Shown: positions 37,235 through 49,955, numbered from the stretch's first letter. The stretch: 64,000 bases of DNA from Macrostomum lignano (GCA_002269645.1 NIVC01001994.1:124001-188000); one strand, 5' to 3'. Notes: generated from the sequence alone by a model not told the origin. Numbers and translations: made by a program.

Positions 37235-38240
37235 TCCACAAACTACGCGTAGCATCACCAATCAATCCACAAACTACGCGTAGCATCACCAATCAATCCA
37301 CAAACTACGCGTAGCATCACCAATCAATCCACAAACTACGCGTAGCATCACCAATCAATCCACAAACTACGCGTAGCATCACCAATCAATCCACAAACTA
37401 CGCGTAGCATCACCAATCAATCCACAAACTACGCGTAGCATCACCAATCAATCCACAAACTACGCGTAGCATCACCAATCAATCCACAAACTAGCATCAC
37501 CAATCAATCCACAAACTAGCATCACCAATCAATCCACAAACTAGCATTACCAATCAATCCACAAACTAGCATTACCAATCAATCCACAAACTAGCATCAC
37601 CAATCAATCCACAAACTAGCATCACCAATCAATCCACAAACTAGCATCACCAATCAATCCACAAGCATCACCAATCAATCCACAAGCATCACCAATCAAT
37701 CCACAAACTACGCGTAGCATCACCAATCAATCCACAAACTAGCATCACCAATCAATCCACAAACTAGCATCACCAATCAATCCACAAACTAGCATTACCA
37801 ATCAATCCACAAACTAGCATTACCAATCAATCCACAAACTAGCATCACCAATCAATCCACAAACTAGCATCACCAATCAATCCACAAGCATCACCAATCA
37901 ATCCACAAACTAGCATCACCAATCAATCCACAAACTAGCATCACCAATCAATCCACAAACTAGCATCACCAATCAATCCACAAACTAGCATCACCAATCA
38001 ATCCACAAACTAGCATCACCAATCAATCCACAAACTAGCATCACCAATCAATCCACAAACTAGCATCACCAATCAATCCACAAACTAGCATCACCAATCA
38101 ATCCACAAGCATCACCAATCAATCCACAAGCATCACCAATCAATCCACAAACTAGCATCACCAATCAATCCACAAGCATCACCAATCAATCCACAAACTA
38201 GCATCACCAATCAATCCACAAGCATCACCAATCAACCTAC
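37235..38240. repeat. CCAATCA-containing minisatellite (31/25/21-bp unit variants) in the spacer between the Mx genes
   Basis: CACCAATCAATCCACAAACT(ACGCGT)AGCAT units. Confidence 0.95.
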
Positions 38241-38553
38241 AAGCCTTGCCCCACAGGTCACAGAATCCTTTATACTAAAAATGGTTTGTTGGTAAAAAGT
38301 AGCGTTTTCGTGTCAGCTGTTCCCGTGTGTATTTATGCAGCAAAACTCGTACATAGAATTTTTAAGTAAATACTTGAATTTTTTAATTTAATAAAAGGTG
38401 CAACAAACTATTTTATTCATTTTATCGATATTTCTTACACTGGCTGTCGGAGGAGGACATTAGCAGAGGGAATAACAGAGAGGACACGCCAGCCAATCAG
38501 CGCTGATGATGGGGCAGAGACAGACGGCCAGCCAGCCAATCAGCGCTGATGAT

Positions 38554-38915
38554 TTTTTTTATTAGAGGCAGGGGGTTGTGTGCACCCTGGCGTACTTTAA
38601 GCGACATAGGCACACAACCGGCGAGAGGCATTACTGCCCATTCCGCCGACTCCCCTGAGCAGGCATACAAGCGCGCGGATACGTGCGCAGGCACACACTC
38701 ACACAGGAGTGTACAGCGGCCCTAACTTTATTTTATCGTTAGGCATGTACACTTCACTGCGCCTTGGGGGGTTGGCTCTCAAGGCCGTTAATTGCACGAG
38801 CAGAGCCAAGTTGAGATTCCAATTCAGCCACAAATTAATGTGACTGCACTTGGAATCGAGCCTGGGTCACTGGCACACCAGAGCAGCTGCGCTACCGCTG
38901 GGCTACGGCTCCCCT
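38554..38915 (-). mobile_element. tRNA-derived SINE, ~360 bp, with A-tail and 12-bp TSD
   Basis: Minus-strand head GGGGAGCCGTAGCCCAGCGGTAGCG (A box) ... GGCTCGATTCC (B-box-like); T run at 38554 is the A tail; AGCGCTGATGAT flanks both sides (38542-38553, 38916-38927). Confidence 0.8.
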
Positions 38916-39270
38916 AGCGCTGATGATGGGGCAGAGAGACAGACGGCCAGCCAGCCAATCAGAGCTGATGATGGGGCAGAGAGACAGACGGCCAGCCAGC
39001 CAATCAGCGCTGATGATGGGGCAGAGAGACAGACGGCCAGCCAGCCAATCAGCGCTGATGATGGTGCAGAGAGACAGACGGCCAGCGAGCTAATCAGCGC
39101 TGATGATGGGGCAGAGAGACAGACGGCCAGCCAGCCAATCAGCGCTGATGATTGGGCAGAGAGACAGACGGCCAGCCAGCCAATCAGCGCTGATGATGGG
39201 GCAGAGAGACAGACGGCCAGCCAGGCAATCAGCGATAATGATGGGACAGAGAGACAGACGGCCAGCCAAC
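38916..39270. repeat. 45-bp minisatellite (CAGCCAATCAGCGCTGATGATGGGGCAGAG...) downstream of Mx copy B
   Basis: About 8 units; related units at 38485-38553, 35355-35470 and inverted at 39745-40010. Confidence 0.9.
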
Positions 39271-39378
39271 CATAGTGCTTTTTAAGTTCTGATACCATTA
39301 ATCCATCAATTTTAAATTGAAGAAAACACAAAACCGACAAAGAAAAATTAGTAGGATTTTATTAATAATAAGTAACGT

Positions 39379-42300
39379 TTACAGCCTGAACTTGTTGAAG
39401 TCCCGCTGCGCCAGCCGCAGCTGCTCCATCATCTCCTTCAGCTGTTTCCTTCTCGCAGTTTTGTGCCGCGGCTCACGCAGCAGCGACAGAAACGTCTCGG
39501 CAGACTCGGACTCGGACAGCAGGTCGAGGGCGCGGTTGCCGAGCTGCTTAGAAACAACATCGAACATGAAGTAGAGAACGGACTGCGGGATGGTGTCGCT
39601 AAGTCGCTCAGTGGCCACCTGCAGGTAGGCTTCGAGACCGCGGCGAATTCGCTCAGCGCTATCGGGGACAGGCGGCCTGCGGGCGGGGATTGGGTCGGCA
39701 TTTTGAGATTGGTTGCTTATTGGCTTTTATCGTCGGTCCCTCTCCCCCACCATCAGCGCTGATTGGCTGGCTGGAAGTCTGTCCCTCCGCCCCACCATCA
39801 GCGCTGATTGGCTGGCTGGAAGTCTGTCCCTCCGCCCCACCATCAGCGCTGATTGGCTGGCTGGAAGTCTGTCCCTCCGCCCCACCATCAGCGCTGATTG
39901 GCTGGCTGGAAGTCTGTCCCTCCGCCCCACCATCAGCGCTGATTGGCTGGCTGGAAGTCTGTCCCTCCGCCCCACCATCAGCGCTGATTGGCTGGCTGGA
40001 AGTCTCTCTCTTGCTTTCTCGCACTCTTCTGACTTTCTGTCTCGTTATCGTTGTTATCGCTGATTGGCAGACAATCTGCCCTCTCTTCTCGTATATTGTA
40101 ACTGTAATTGTAACTCTAAACAATGCAGGCTGCACGGCCTTGTCCTAATCAATAACCCTACACCTATTCTCAGTTACGTAATCAGTGCCACTCACTGCTG
40201 GTTGCCGTTGTCCTTGTAAAGATCCTCCTCAATCTTTGCAATGCGCTCCTGGAACTGGCTGTCCTGCGAGAACACTCGCGCCTCCTGAAGAAACAGCCGT
40301 CCGCTCAGATCCGCTCTGGCCAGCTCCAGCACCTTGGCGATCTCCTCGTTGCTGGTCTCCGTCACCACCTCGAAGATGTCTTGGAAGTCGCCGAATACCT
40401 TCTGGGCAATGAGGTGCACCACATCTGTGACCTCGTCGGATACCTTGATTGATTTGGTTTTGTGGAAACTTCATCTCAATAGAGCTGCGATTGCCAAAAG
40501 AATCCCGCCAACCCCATACTTTCACGTTGGTTCAAAGCCCCTTAATTCCCATGGACCGCCTACCACCCTCCCCGCCACTCTCACGGACCGGCCGATCCCA
40601 TACGACCGCCACCCCACTCCTCAGCTTCCCGATAAAACCAAAATCATCCAACCTGCTCCAGAAATTGTTCCGCAGGCTGTTTCAGTTTGTTTAGAAACTC
40701 CTCCTTGTAGATTCGTTCAATTATTGGGAACACGTGATCATAGGAGGCGAGCTCGCGACCTCTCAAGTCAGTGATTAGACGGGTCACCTGCTCGGGCGGC
40801 TGCCAATAGTGCGAGATGTGGCCGCGAGTGACCCAGCCTGAGTACGTGAATATAACAGTGTTGAAAATATGAACACACTTTTTGTTACTCCAACCAGACA
40901 CCCGAGTCTATCATCTAATTTCTTACCTGGCCAAGCTCTATGAATCTGCTTCCCCAACTCTGTCCAGTGCTTTCTGCACTTGGCGTACAGGTGAAACCTG
41001 GCGTTCATCTCGCCCTGTGTTGCTATGGCAACGTCTTTGTTGAAGTTGCTCAGCATCTCGAACAGGTAGCGCCGTTTCTCGTCTTTGGTCTCGGCGACCG
41101 GCTGGCCGAGACGCTGCAGCTCCTCCTGGAACTTCTTGCGCATCTCCTGCGGGGTGGCAGGGAGGCTCTCGTGTGGAGCTTTGGGGAATAAGACGGCTTG
41201 ATTGGGCAGGTGAGCTGTGTCGGGACCACTGAACAGACAATTGACAGTCACTGGCGTAGGGATTTTCTAGGCTTTACGACTCTGGGATTACAACACCCAG
41301 GTGTGCAGAAACCCTAGCTCAGCACACGAGAGTCTGGGGATCAGGACCTCAGCACACGAGAGTCTGGGGATCAGGACCTCAGCACACGAGAGTCTTGGGA
41401 TCAGGACCTCAGCACACACAAGTCTGGGGATCAGGACCTCAGCACACGAGAGTCTGGAGATCAGGACCTCAGCACACGAGGGTCTGAGGATCAGGACCTC
41501 AGCACATGAGAGTCAGGGGATCAGGACCTCAGCACACGAGAGTCTGGGGATCAGGACCTAAACACACGAGAGTCTGGAGATCAGGACCTCAGCACACGAG
41601 AGTCTGGAGATCAGGACCTCAGCACACGAGAGTCTGGGGATCAGGACCTCAGCACACGAGAGTCTTGGGATCAGGACCTCAGCACACGAGAGTCTTGGGA
41701 TCAGGACCTCAGCACACACAAGTCTGGGGATCAGGACCTCAGCACATGAGAGTCAGCGGATCAGGACCTCAGCACATGAGAGTCTGGGGATCAGGACCTC
41801 AGCACACACAAGTCTGGGGATCAGTACATCCAGAATTCTGCAGAATCCCTATTCACTCCCTCACCAGGATGTCATTCTGCAGCGTGCTGATGTTCCTCTT
41901 CACGGACTCAAACAGCTCCTCCGTCAGCTTGTCCGCCAGAGTCCGGATGCCCACGGACTGCTCAGGCAGCTGGCTGAAGTGCCGGTGAGTCTTGAAGAAA
42001 GCCGCCTCGTTGGCCACCGACTCAGCCAGGGTGACGCCGTTGTTGAGCTCCTCGGGACTGCGGCACTTCACCATCACGTAGCCCTTCTTCAGCGGGATCT
42101 TCTCGTTGTTGGCGATCTTCAGCGTCTCCTGCTCCGCGCCCTTGTTCACCATGTCCGGGCACGTGAGCACCCCGATGGTGCGCTCGCCCTGCGGGTCGGC
42201 CTCCTTAGCCAGTGACAGCGCCTCGACCGTCTCGATGTCCTGGTGGCACGGCACCACCACCAGGATGAGCACCTGCGGCTGGCTGACGTACTTGGCGATG

Positions 42301-42953
42301 AGCGACTTGGTGATCTGAGCGATGCCAGAACCGCCTGTGGCAGAGTACCTGAGGGTGCAGAGGGTCTCTGCGTCATCCGTCTGTCTGTCTGTCTGTCTGT
42401 CTGTCTGTGTGTCTGTCTGTATGCCTGTCTGTCCGTCTCACCTGGCGATGCCCGGCAGGTCAATCAAGGTCAGGTCGGGCACATCCGGTCCCTTGATCGC
42501 CAGGTCAATCTGCTCACTCGAGATCTCGTTGTCTCCGTGCGTCATCCGCTGCTGGGCCTCCCTCACGGCTCCGTCCACTTCCCCAGGCGAGTTGAGCTCC
42601 TTGTCCACCTTGTGCCCGTTGACGTCCTTGTAGCTGATGCGACCGTGCCACGGCGCCTCTGGGTCGGCGTTCCACTGCATGGACAGCTGCAGGGCGCAGC
42701 GGGTGACCATGCCGGTGCCGCGGGGAAATTCCACGCCCGAGATGGCCTCCAGCACCGAGGACTTGCCCACCGACTGGTCGCCCACCACCGCCACCATGGG
42801 CAGCTTGAGGTCGCTCTGCAGGCCGTGGGAGCGCAGCTCGTCGATGCGGTTCAGCACCGGCCGGATGCGCTGGCGGAAGGCCGAGGACAGCGCCGGCAGC
42901 TCGTCGTGCTGGTCGCCTGCATCACCGTCAGGACCGACGGCGGAGCCGTTCAT
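39379..42953 (-). CDS. Mx: Mx-like dynamin-family large GTPase, copy B (648 aa from Met 42953)
   Basis: Exons 42953-42442, 42348-41865, 41146-40927, 40837-40653, 40443-40196, 39676-39379; the first five have the same lengths as in copy A; few amino-acid differences; ends FNKFRL*. Confidence 0.9.
39745..40010. repeat. 45-bp minisatellite in last intron of Mx copy B
   Basis: CATCAGCGCTGATTGGCTGGCTGGAAGTCTGTCCCTCCGCCCCAC units. Confidence 0.9.
41320..41820. repeat. 30-bp minisatellite in intron of Mx copy B
   Basis: Reverse complement of the 33700-34060 array; intron is 150 bp (5 units) longer. Confidence 0.95.
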
Positions 42954-43331
42954 GTGGCTGGGAGTTGTGGGATTCGGTTCGGGATTTCTGGGGATTTTTG
43001 AAGCTGATCTGGGGTTCTGAGTGCGGTAGGAAGATTGGAGAATGCTCTGGAGTTTTATTATTGGGGACTAGTTAGGAGGATTTGGGTTTATTTTGGGATT
43101 TATGGTGATTTTGGGATCAACTGGGACTATTTGGGATTAGTTTGGACTATATGGGATGAGATGGGACAATTTTGGATCAATTGGGACTGTTTGGGATTAG
43201 TTGGGACTATATAGGATATCTTGGGACTATTTGGGATTAGTTTGGACTATTTGGAATCATCTGGGACAGTTTGGGGATCAGCTGGGACTATTTGGGATCA
43301 GTCGGGACTTTTTTGGGATCAGCTGGCTCAC

Positions 43332-43589
43332 GAGTCCTGGAGCTCCTGGATGCCCGACGGCGACGGCAGCTGGCTGTTGAGCTGCTCCTGAAGTGCCTCC
43401 TGAACATCAGGCTGGGCACCGCCGCTCGGACTGAGCAGCTCGCTGGGCGGTCTCGATTTCTTCTTTCGCTGGCGTCTGATAAAGCAAGTGCAGTATAATT
43501 TTACAGTAAATGACTGTGCAATACCCCACAAGTCTGAGTCCCAATGTAGATCATGTTAATGCAAATTACCTTGAAGTTTCCAGACTCAT
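43332..43589 (-). CDS. Candidate upstream exons of Mx copy B: 43589-43570 (MSLETS-R) and 43475-43332 (144 nt, RQRKKKSRPPSELLSP...QELQDS)
   Basis: GT-AG bounded, phase 2 throughout; in frame with the GTPase exon if the acceptor AG at 43010-43009 is used. Confidence 0.5.
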
Positions 43590-43691
43590 ATTGCACAGTA
43601 ATATTATATTTTACTGTTATAATCCTACTGATATTCTATACTAACTTTAGCAGAATTTCTACAACTTTGCCGATTCACTATGCCCCGAAGA

Positions 43692-43746
43692 CTTTTATAG
43701 TAGGCCAAGGGAGGGGGCTCCGCAATTTCCAAGAAATTCCACGTCA
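43692..43746 (-). promoter_or_regulatory. Candidate promoter of Mx copy B: CRE-like, GAS-like and TATA motifs
   Basis: Minus strand TGACGTGG (43746-43739), GGAATTTCTTGGAA containing TTCTTGGAA (43735-43727), TATAAAA (~43699-43693), ~110 bp before ATG 43589. Confidence 0.45.
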
Positions 43747-44382
43747 GCAGGGGATCAGTTGAAATGTATAGAGGCTGAGATCAACTGTTCTGGTAAGCAA
43801 TGTACTTTTAATATAGTTAGTGTACAACTGAATCCTGCATGTACAGAGGGGAAGCTTTAACTGTCTGAAGTGGATTGTACAAGCAAAGCTTGACTAACCT
43901 TCAGCTGCCATAACTTTTCATCACGTGAAGCGATTGACTTTAAAATGGACAAAATAAATTATTGACTCATTGTCTGTGGGAATATGAAGTCTCAAATTTG
44001 TAACTCAATCAGAATGGAGACTGTAAGCAAGTGAAGCTTGGCTGTTTTTTTGGTTTTGGGCTGCCCACTCACTCATTTCCCCAGAAGGATGCATAGGTCT
44101 CAGTGTACACGGAAACGTACAGTGTTTTGGAGTAACTTACCCTCATCTGCGGTATTCTCTGCATTGCCCCAGTGCAATGTACGCGCTACGGGTAGCTAAA
44201 GACAGGTACCCGTACAGTGCAGATAATTCATCCAATTTCCTGGAAAAAATACACAGCAAAACAAGGAAAATATTATTTAAAAAATGAATTTTTCACTACA
44301 TAGCTCTATAAATGTAAAATAAAACAGCAACAACAAAATACTTTGTCAGTTAAGCAAGTCTTCAAAGGCAAAAACCTTTTGT

Positions 44383-47240
44383 CACAGGGCGCGGTTCAGG
44401 GCCTGGGTGCAAGCGAACGTAGGCTGCACCGCTGACAGTAGGGTTCACAAAATCCAGGATTCTGTCAATCCCGGGATTGATATTTTTCCAGTAGCATCCT
44501 TGTCGTAACATTGTTACGACAGCTAAAGGGGTAATGCTAGTCTGGTAATATAATATATATAGACTATCTAATATATATCACTGTCATTATTGATTACTAT
44601 GCAAAGCAATATGAATGTATATACATGTATTACATACTATGTACAGTAGTAGCACTAGCAGTATGCACATTGCAAAACAAATGCACATGACTCGTGGACG
44701 TGGGCGTGGAGTCGTTGGCCCGTGGCATGAGGCACACTCACAAGGAGTCACAAGGACTCACAGTCACAACACAAGTCACAACCTGAACCTACTACCGCCT
44801 GGGCATTCACGTTGTCACTTGTCAGTCTGGAGTCTGGACTCACGACTACGAGTTCAAACTTTAAAATCAAATCTCAACTTTAAATTATTTAAACAAGACT
44901 AAAAACTCAAGCAGCATTAAAGACCTTACAAAGTGGGCAACGGAGAATGGACATGTATGCGTGTATGTTCCATAGTTGAACTGTCATTTTATGATAAAAT
45001 ACTTGCTATTATATCAGACATTATAAAAACATAGCATTAACGTTCCGGGATTGAATCCCAACCCTGTGAATCCCGGGATCCCGGGATCCCGGAAAAAGCC
45101 CGGAATCCCGGGATTGTGACCCCTAGCTGACAGTGATCGGGGCGTCAGCCAGCAGCCAGTCGACGAAACGCCGAGTGCACGCCTGTCCTCGCCGGTAGGG
45201 CGCCTGCAGCGTCTGCAGCGGCCACCAGCTGCGGGCAGTACGACTCCTCTAGCTGGAGACGTCGACGGCGCAACGTCGACGGCGGCTCGAGCGAATCCGA
45301 CAGCGTCCAGCAACAGACTGTACAGCAGCACGGTCTCGATCAACGCCTAGAACAACGCCGCCCTCTGGCGGTCGGGCGGGGCCTTGGACTGCAGGACAGC
45401 CCTCACAGAACGGAAGGCAGCCCAGGCAAGTCTGCGGCGGCGTCGCAGATCCTCCCGAACGTCAGGCATCAGACCGCCGAGGTAGACGAACTGCTGACAG
45501 CACGAAGCTTCGTCACCTGTCCATCAGCGCCTCGGCAGAAAATTGCAGCCTCGATGTCGTCCGGCACGCAGAGCACGACGGTCTTCTGCGTGTTGACCAC
45601 CAGGCCGACACTCGCCGCAACGCTCACCAACCGGTCCAGTTGTCGCTGGGCGCCGTTGACGGTCGAGGACAGCAGGGCGAGATCGTCGGCGTAGCCAAGC
45701 ACGCTGAGCCGCCTCTCCGGTTGGCGTCGACCCTCGGGTCGCTGCAGCAGGAAGCCGTCATCTTTAGAAGGGAGAGCAGTCTACAGCACCCAGTCAAGTA
45801 CCAGGACGAACAGGAAAGACGCAAGCGTATCTCATTGAAGCAGCCAAGAGGATGTCTCAAAGAAATCCGACAGGCCGTCCGGTGTTAGCACAGCATGTGC
45901 CATGATGCAGAGACATGACGGCGGAAATCAGCTGCTCTGGCAGGTTGTACGCACGAAGCACCATTGGGAGCACGGCCCTCACGACCGAGTTGAAAGCCTT
46001 CCAGAAGTCAATTAAGAGAAATATCAGGTTTGACTGGCGGGCCCGGAGTCTTCTGAGCGAGAATCACAACGTCGTCTGTGCCGACTGGTGCTACATTGAA
46101 ACTCTCCTCTGCCGACAACGGCGTCCCCGGCGGCAGCCTCAGATCGTTAGGCAGCGGGGGCGGCACTTTGACGATGGCAGCGAAGAACTCGGGCAGCTCA
46201 TTTCTGCGCTCATCTGGAGTGTCGCCAACAAGGTTGTGCGAGATGCGCCGCTTCCACCCCGTCAGAGCGTTGATGGGGGAGCAGGCCACGTGCCCTTTGG
46301 CGTCGGGTCCAGCGGCTCTGCCTTCGCTTGCCGAATCGCAGGGTCATTCAGCCAGACCGGCTGCCTACGTTGGGCCGGTTGCATCAACGGGACTGCTTGC
46401 TCCGCCGCTGCTCTAACCGCGGCACTTATCTCTGTGTACTCGGCGCGCCCGCATCAAGCGCGCTGACGAAGGCACTAGCGAAATGGTGACGCGTCTGGGT
46501 GTCCTTGAGCGCACGGTAATAGCGTCGCGGTGGCCGCTTCGGCGAACGGTAAAGCGGATCGCGTACACAGGTCGCAGACGAGTAGCCGACGGTCGGACCG
46601 CAGAGCCAGCGACGTGATGTTGCGGTACTTGACGGCGCGGCGGCGCTCACAATGCACCAGCACGTGATCGAGCTGTGCCTGCCTCCGCGGCACATTCCGG
46701 CCGCACGCATTCCTCTGCCACCGCTTGAAGCCCACGAAGATCGCGAGAGGTGGCTCGCGGAAGCGGGTGTTGGCCGACACCATGTCCTGCCTCTCCAGGA
46801 AGTCCTCCAGCGCTCCGGTGTTGCCGTTCTCGCGCGGTGTCACAAACAGCGACCGCTCGGACCTTACGCAAAACTGCGTTCAGGTCTCTGAGGACGGCCA
46901 CTGTGTCACGCTGCGCCGGCCCACCACCTGGGCCGAGAGCTGCTCGAAGACGTCTTGAGACTCGTCAGGACGGGTGGCAGGAGGCGCGTACGCGCAGAAC
47001 AGGCGAGCGTTCCGGCCGCGAAGCCGCCGTCGACCCGCGCTCCAACTCCTCCACGGCCTTGTTGGTTCGCCGGCGTGTACCAGCGGGTGCAACCGGCGCT
47101 CAGGTCCTCACAGTGAATTCCCGGGTTGGACCTCTTGTAGCGAGATGACATCGCATCTAAGGTCCAGCTGCGCCAACTGCGCCAACATGTTGAATATCTC
47201 GACTTGATTCTTGTTTGAGAAGGTGCGCAACAAGCTTGGC
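44383..47240 (-). mobile_element. Degenerate APE-RT non-LTR retrotransposon (RTE-like)
   Basis: Endonuclease motifs ISLQEV, GRGGVG, CAYAP, DLNA, QLDHVLV; RT motifs FLFVLVLDWVL, YADDLALL, GLVVNTQKT; C-terminal ETVLLY and RRFVDWLLAD; many frameshifts and deletions. Confidence 0.88.
44439..45125. mobile_element. hAT-type non-autonomous element, 687 bp, 8-bp TSD GCTGACAG, inserted in the LINE
   Basis: GCTGACAG|TAGGGTTCACAA ... TTGTGACCCCTA|GCTGACAG; subterminal AATCCCGGGAT repeats. Confidence 0.88.
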
Positions 47241-47749
47241 CCGTGTTCCCCCCTACACCAGTCTCATTTTTGGCAGCTTTTTAGTAAAATTGACGCTCTA
47301 TGGATTATTTGTCGCGTTTTCCAATACTACTGTAACTGCTGAGTAGTACAGCAGACATTTTTTGCCACTTAGTTTGAGATGCGCAAAATTGGAATTCTCT
47401 ATTGACAATTTCAATATAGACCGGGCCGTTCTCTACGCAGTAAAACAAATAATCAATTTAGCTTGTATAGTTGTAGAATCTCTGGTGTGTCTTTCCATGT
47501 AGTAAGATTTTACTAGCCTATATGAAATCTGCGTAAGCCCAGCGCGTTGTTCCATGACTAATCTCAACACAGTACTCGCACTGTGTTCCCTAACACTCCA
47601 GCTGTGTGGTCTGTGGCTGCTGGCTGCCACTGCACACTAATTAAATAACAAAATAAGATGCCCGCATGCATTGTACCCTCGGTTCAGGGCTTCAGCAGTT
47701 ACTGAAGCGTGCACTCCGAACCTCATTGGTGAATCTGCTTTTAGATAGA

Positions 47750-48190
<441 letters not shown>

Positions 48191-48999
48191 TGATGGTACA
48201 CTGTGTACTTTGATACCCCCGTCTCTGAGCCGATGCCAGCCGACCAGATACTGGTTCAGCATCTGCCGCACTCTTGCTAGTGCGAATGCACTCACAGTTC
48301 CTTTTGAGCTGTAATAGAGGAATAGTGCCCCATCTTTTTCTAGTCAGCTGTCTGTCACCTTGCGCCAGTTCTAGGAAACCGTCTGTTAGTCATTCGTCAC
48401 AACAGATAAACAGATTTGGAGGCTCACGAATAGGCTCAGACTCTCAACTGAATTAGTTTGGATGGTACTAACAGCAAGAAATGATTTAAGAATTAAAATT
48501 GTTAATCAGATCTGGTACTATAAAAGTAAAATTACAAATATTAAAATTTAGTTGGCTTGAGTGGAATTGCTGAGATGCCAGAGCTCACTGAGGAGATTTT
48601 CCCTCAATGTCGGCTATTTAATCAAAAGTACAGCCTTGACCTTTCTGTGCCACTAACCAAAATCGAATTTCAGTTTCCATCTATCTCCCATCGCTTTCTC
48701 GCTTTTCAAGCCAACCTTTCTTCAATTCAATCATTATTTCAGTTGGTCTCTCTGAGTTCTTCCACTTGCTGTAATTTCTTCCAGAGGAGGGAGGGTAGGA
48801 GGCAGGACCCAACCAATGCAAGCAAAATTTCATTTCTTACTAGCAAAGAGGTGAACTGGAATTTTCGAAAATCCAATCCATTAAGGGGTGGGGTGGGAGA
48901 CGTCTTGGTCCTTTTTCTGTCACTCTCAAAAAGACATTGCGTGTGCCGAATTATATGGAACTTAGAGATAGATTATCATTACAGAGAATCTGTCAGTAG

Positions 49000-49955
49000 A
49001 TTGTCAGCATTATAGAGAGACTCTGTCAGTATATTGTCAGAGAGAGACTCTGTCAGTAGATTGTCAGAGAGACTCTGTCAGTAGATTGTCGGAGAGACTC
49101 TGTCAGTAGATTGTCATCATTAGAGAGAATCTGTCAGTATATTGTCAGCATTAGAGAGACCCTGTCAGTAGTAGATTGTCAGCATTAGAGAATCTGTCAG
49201 TAGATTGTCAGCATTAGAGAATCTGTCAGTAGATTGTCAGCATTAGAGAGACTGTCAGTAGATTGTCAGCATTAGAGAGACTCTGTCAGTAGATTGTCAG
49301 CATTAGAGAATCTGTCAGTAGATTGTCAGCATTAGAGAGACTGTCAGTAGATTTTCAGCATTAGAGAGACTGTCAGTAGATTGTCAGCATTATAGAGAGA
49401 CTCTGTCAGTAGATTGTCAGCATTAGAGAGACCCTGTCAGTAGATTGTCAGCATTAGAGACAATCTGTCAGTAGATTGTCAGCATTAGAGAATCTGTCAG
49501 TATATTGTCAGCATTAGAGAGACTATGTCAGTAGATTGTCAGCATTAGAGAGACTCTGTCAGTAGATTGTCAGAGAGACTATGTCAGTAGATTGTCAGCA
49601 TTAGAGAGAATCTGTCAGTAGATTGTCAGCATTAGAGAATCTGTCAGTATATTGTCAGCATTAGAGAGACTATGTCAGTAGATTGTCAGTATTAGAGAGA
49701 CTCTGTCAGTAGATTGTCAGAGAGACTATGTCAGTAGATTGTCAGCATTAGAGAGACTGTCAGTAGATTGTCAGAGAGACTATGTCAGTAGATTGTCAGC
49801 ATTAGAGAGACTCTGTCAGTAGATTGTCGGAGAGACTCTGTCAGTAGATTGTCAGCATTAGAGAGACTCTGTCAGTAGATTGTCGGAGAGACTCTGTCAG
49901 TAGATTGTCGGAGAGACTATGTCAGTAGATTGTCAGAGAGACTCTGTCAGTAGAT
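49000..49955. repeat. ~29-31-bp minisatellite (CTGTCAGTAGATTGTCAGCATTAGAGAGA)
   Basis: Visible tandem array. Confidence 0.95.

Noticed and set aside
38916-39270. Hammerhead ribozyme suggested by CTGATGA in each 45-bp unit
   Set aside because: No stem II followed by GAAA and no matching cleavage triplet.
32489-43020. Antisense and alternative-frame ORFs overlapping the Mx exons
   Set aside because: Shadow ORFs of GC-rich coding sequence, duplicated only because the gene is duplicated.
47680-47745. Hairpin (GCTTCAG/CTGAAGC within GGTTC/GAACC) ending near a T run, possible small RNA
   Set aside because: No resemblance to snRNA, tRNA or SL RNA that I can recognise; short stems are expected by chance. 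An Infernal/Rfam search would settle it.
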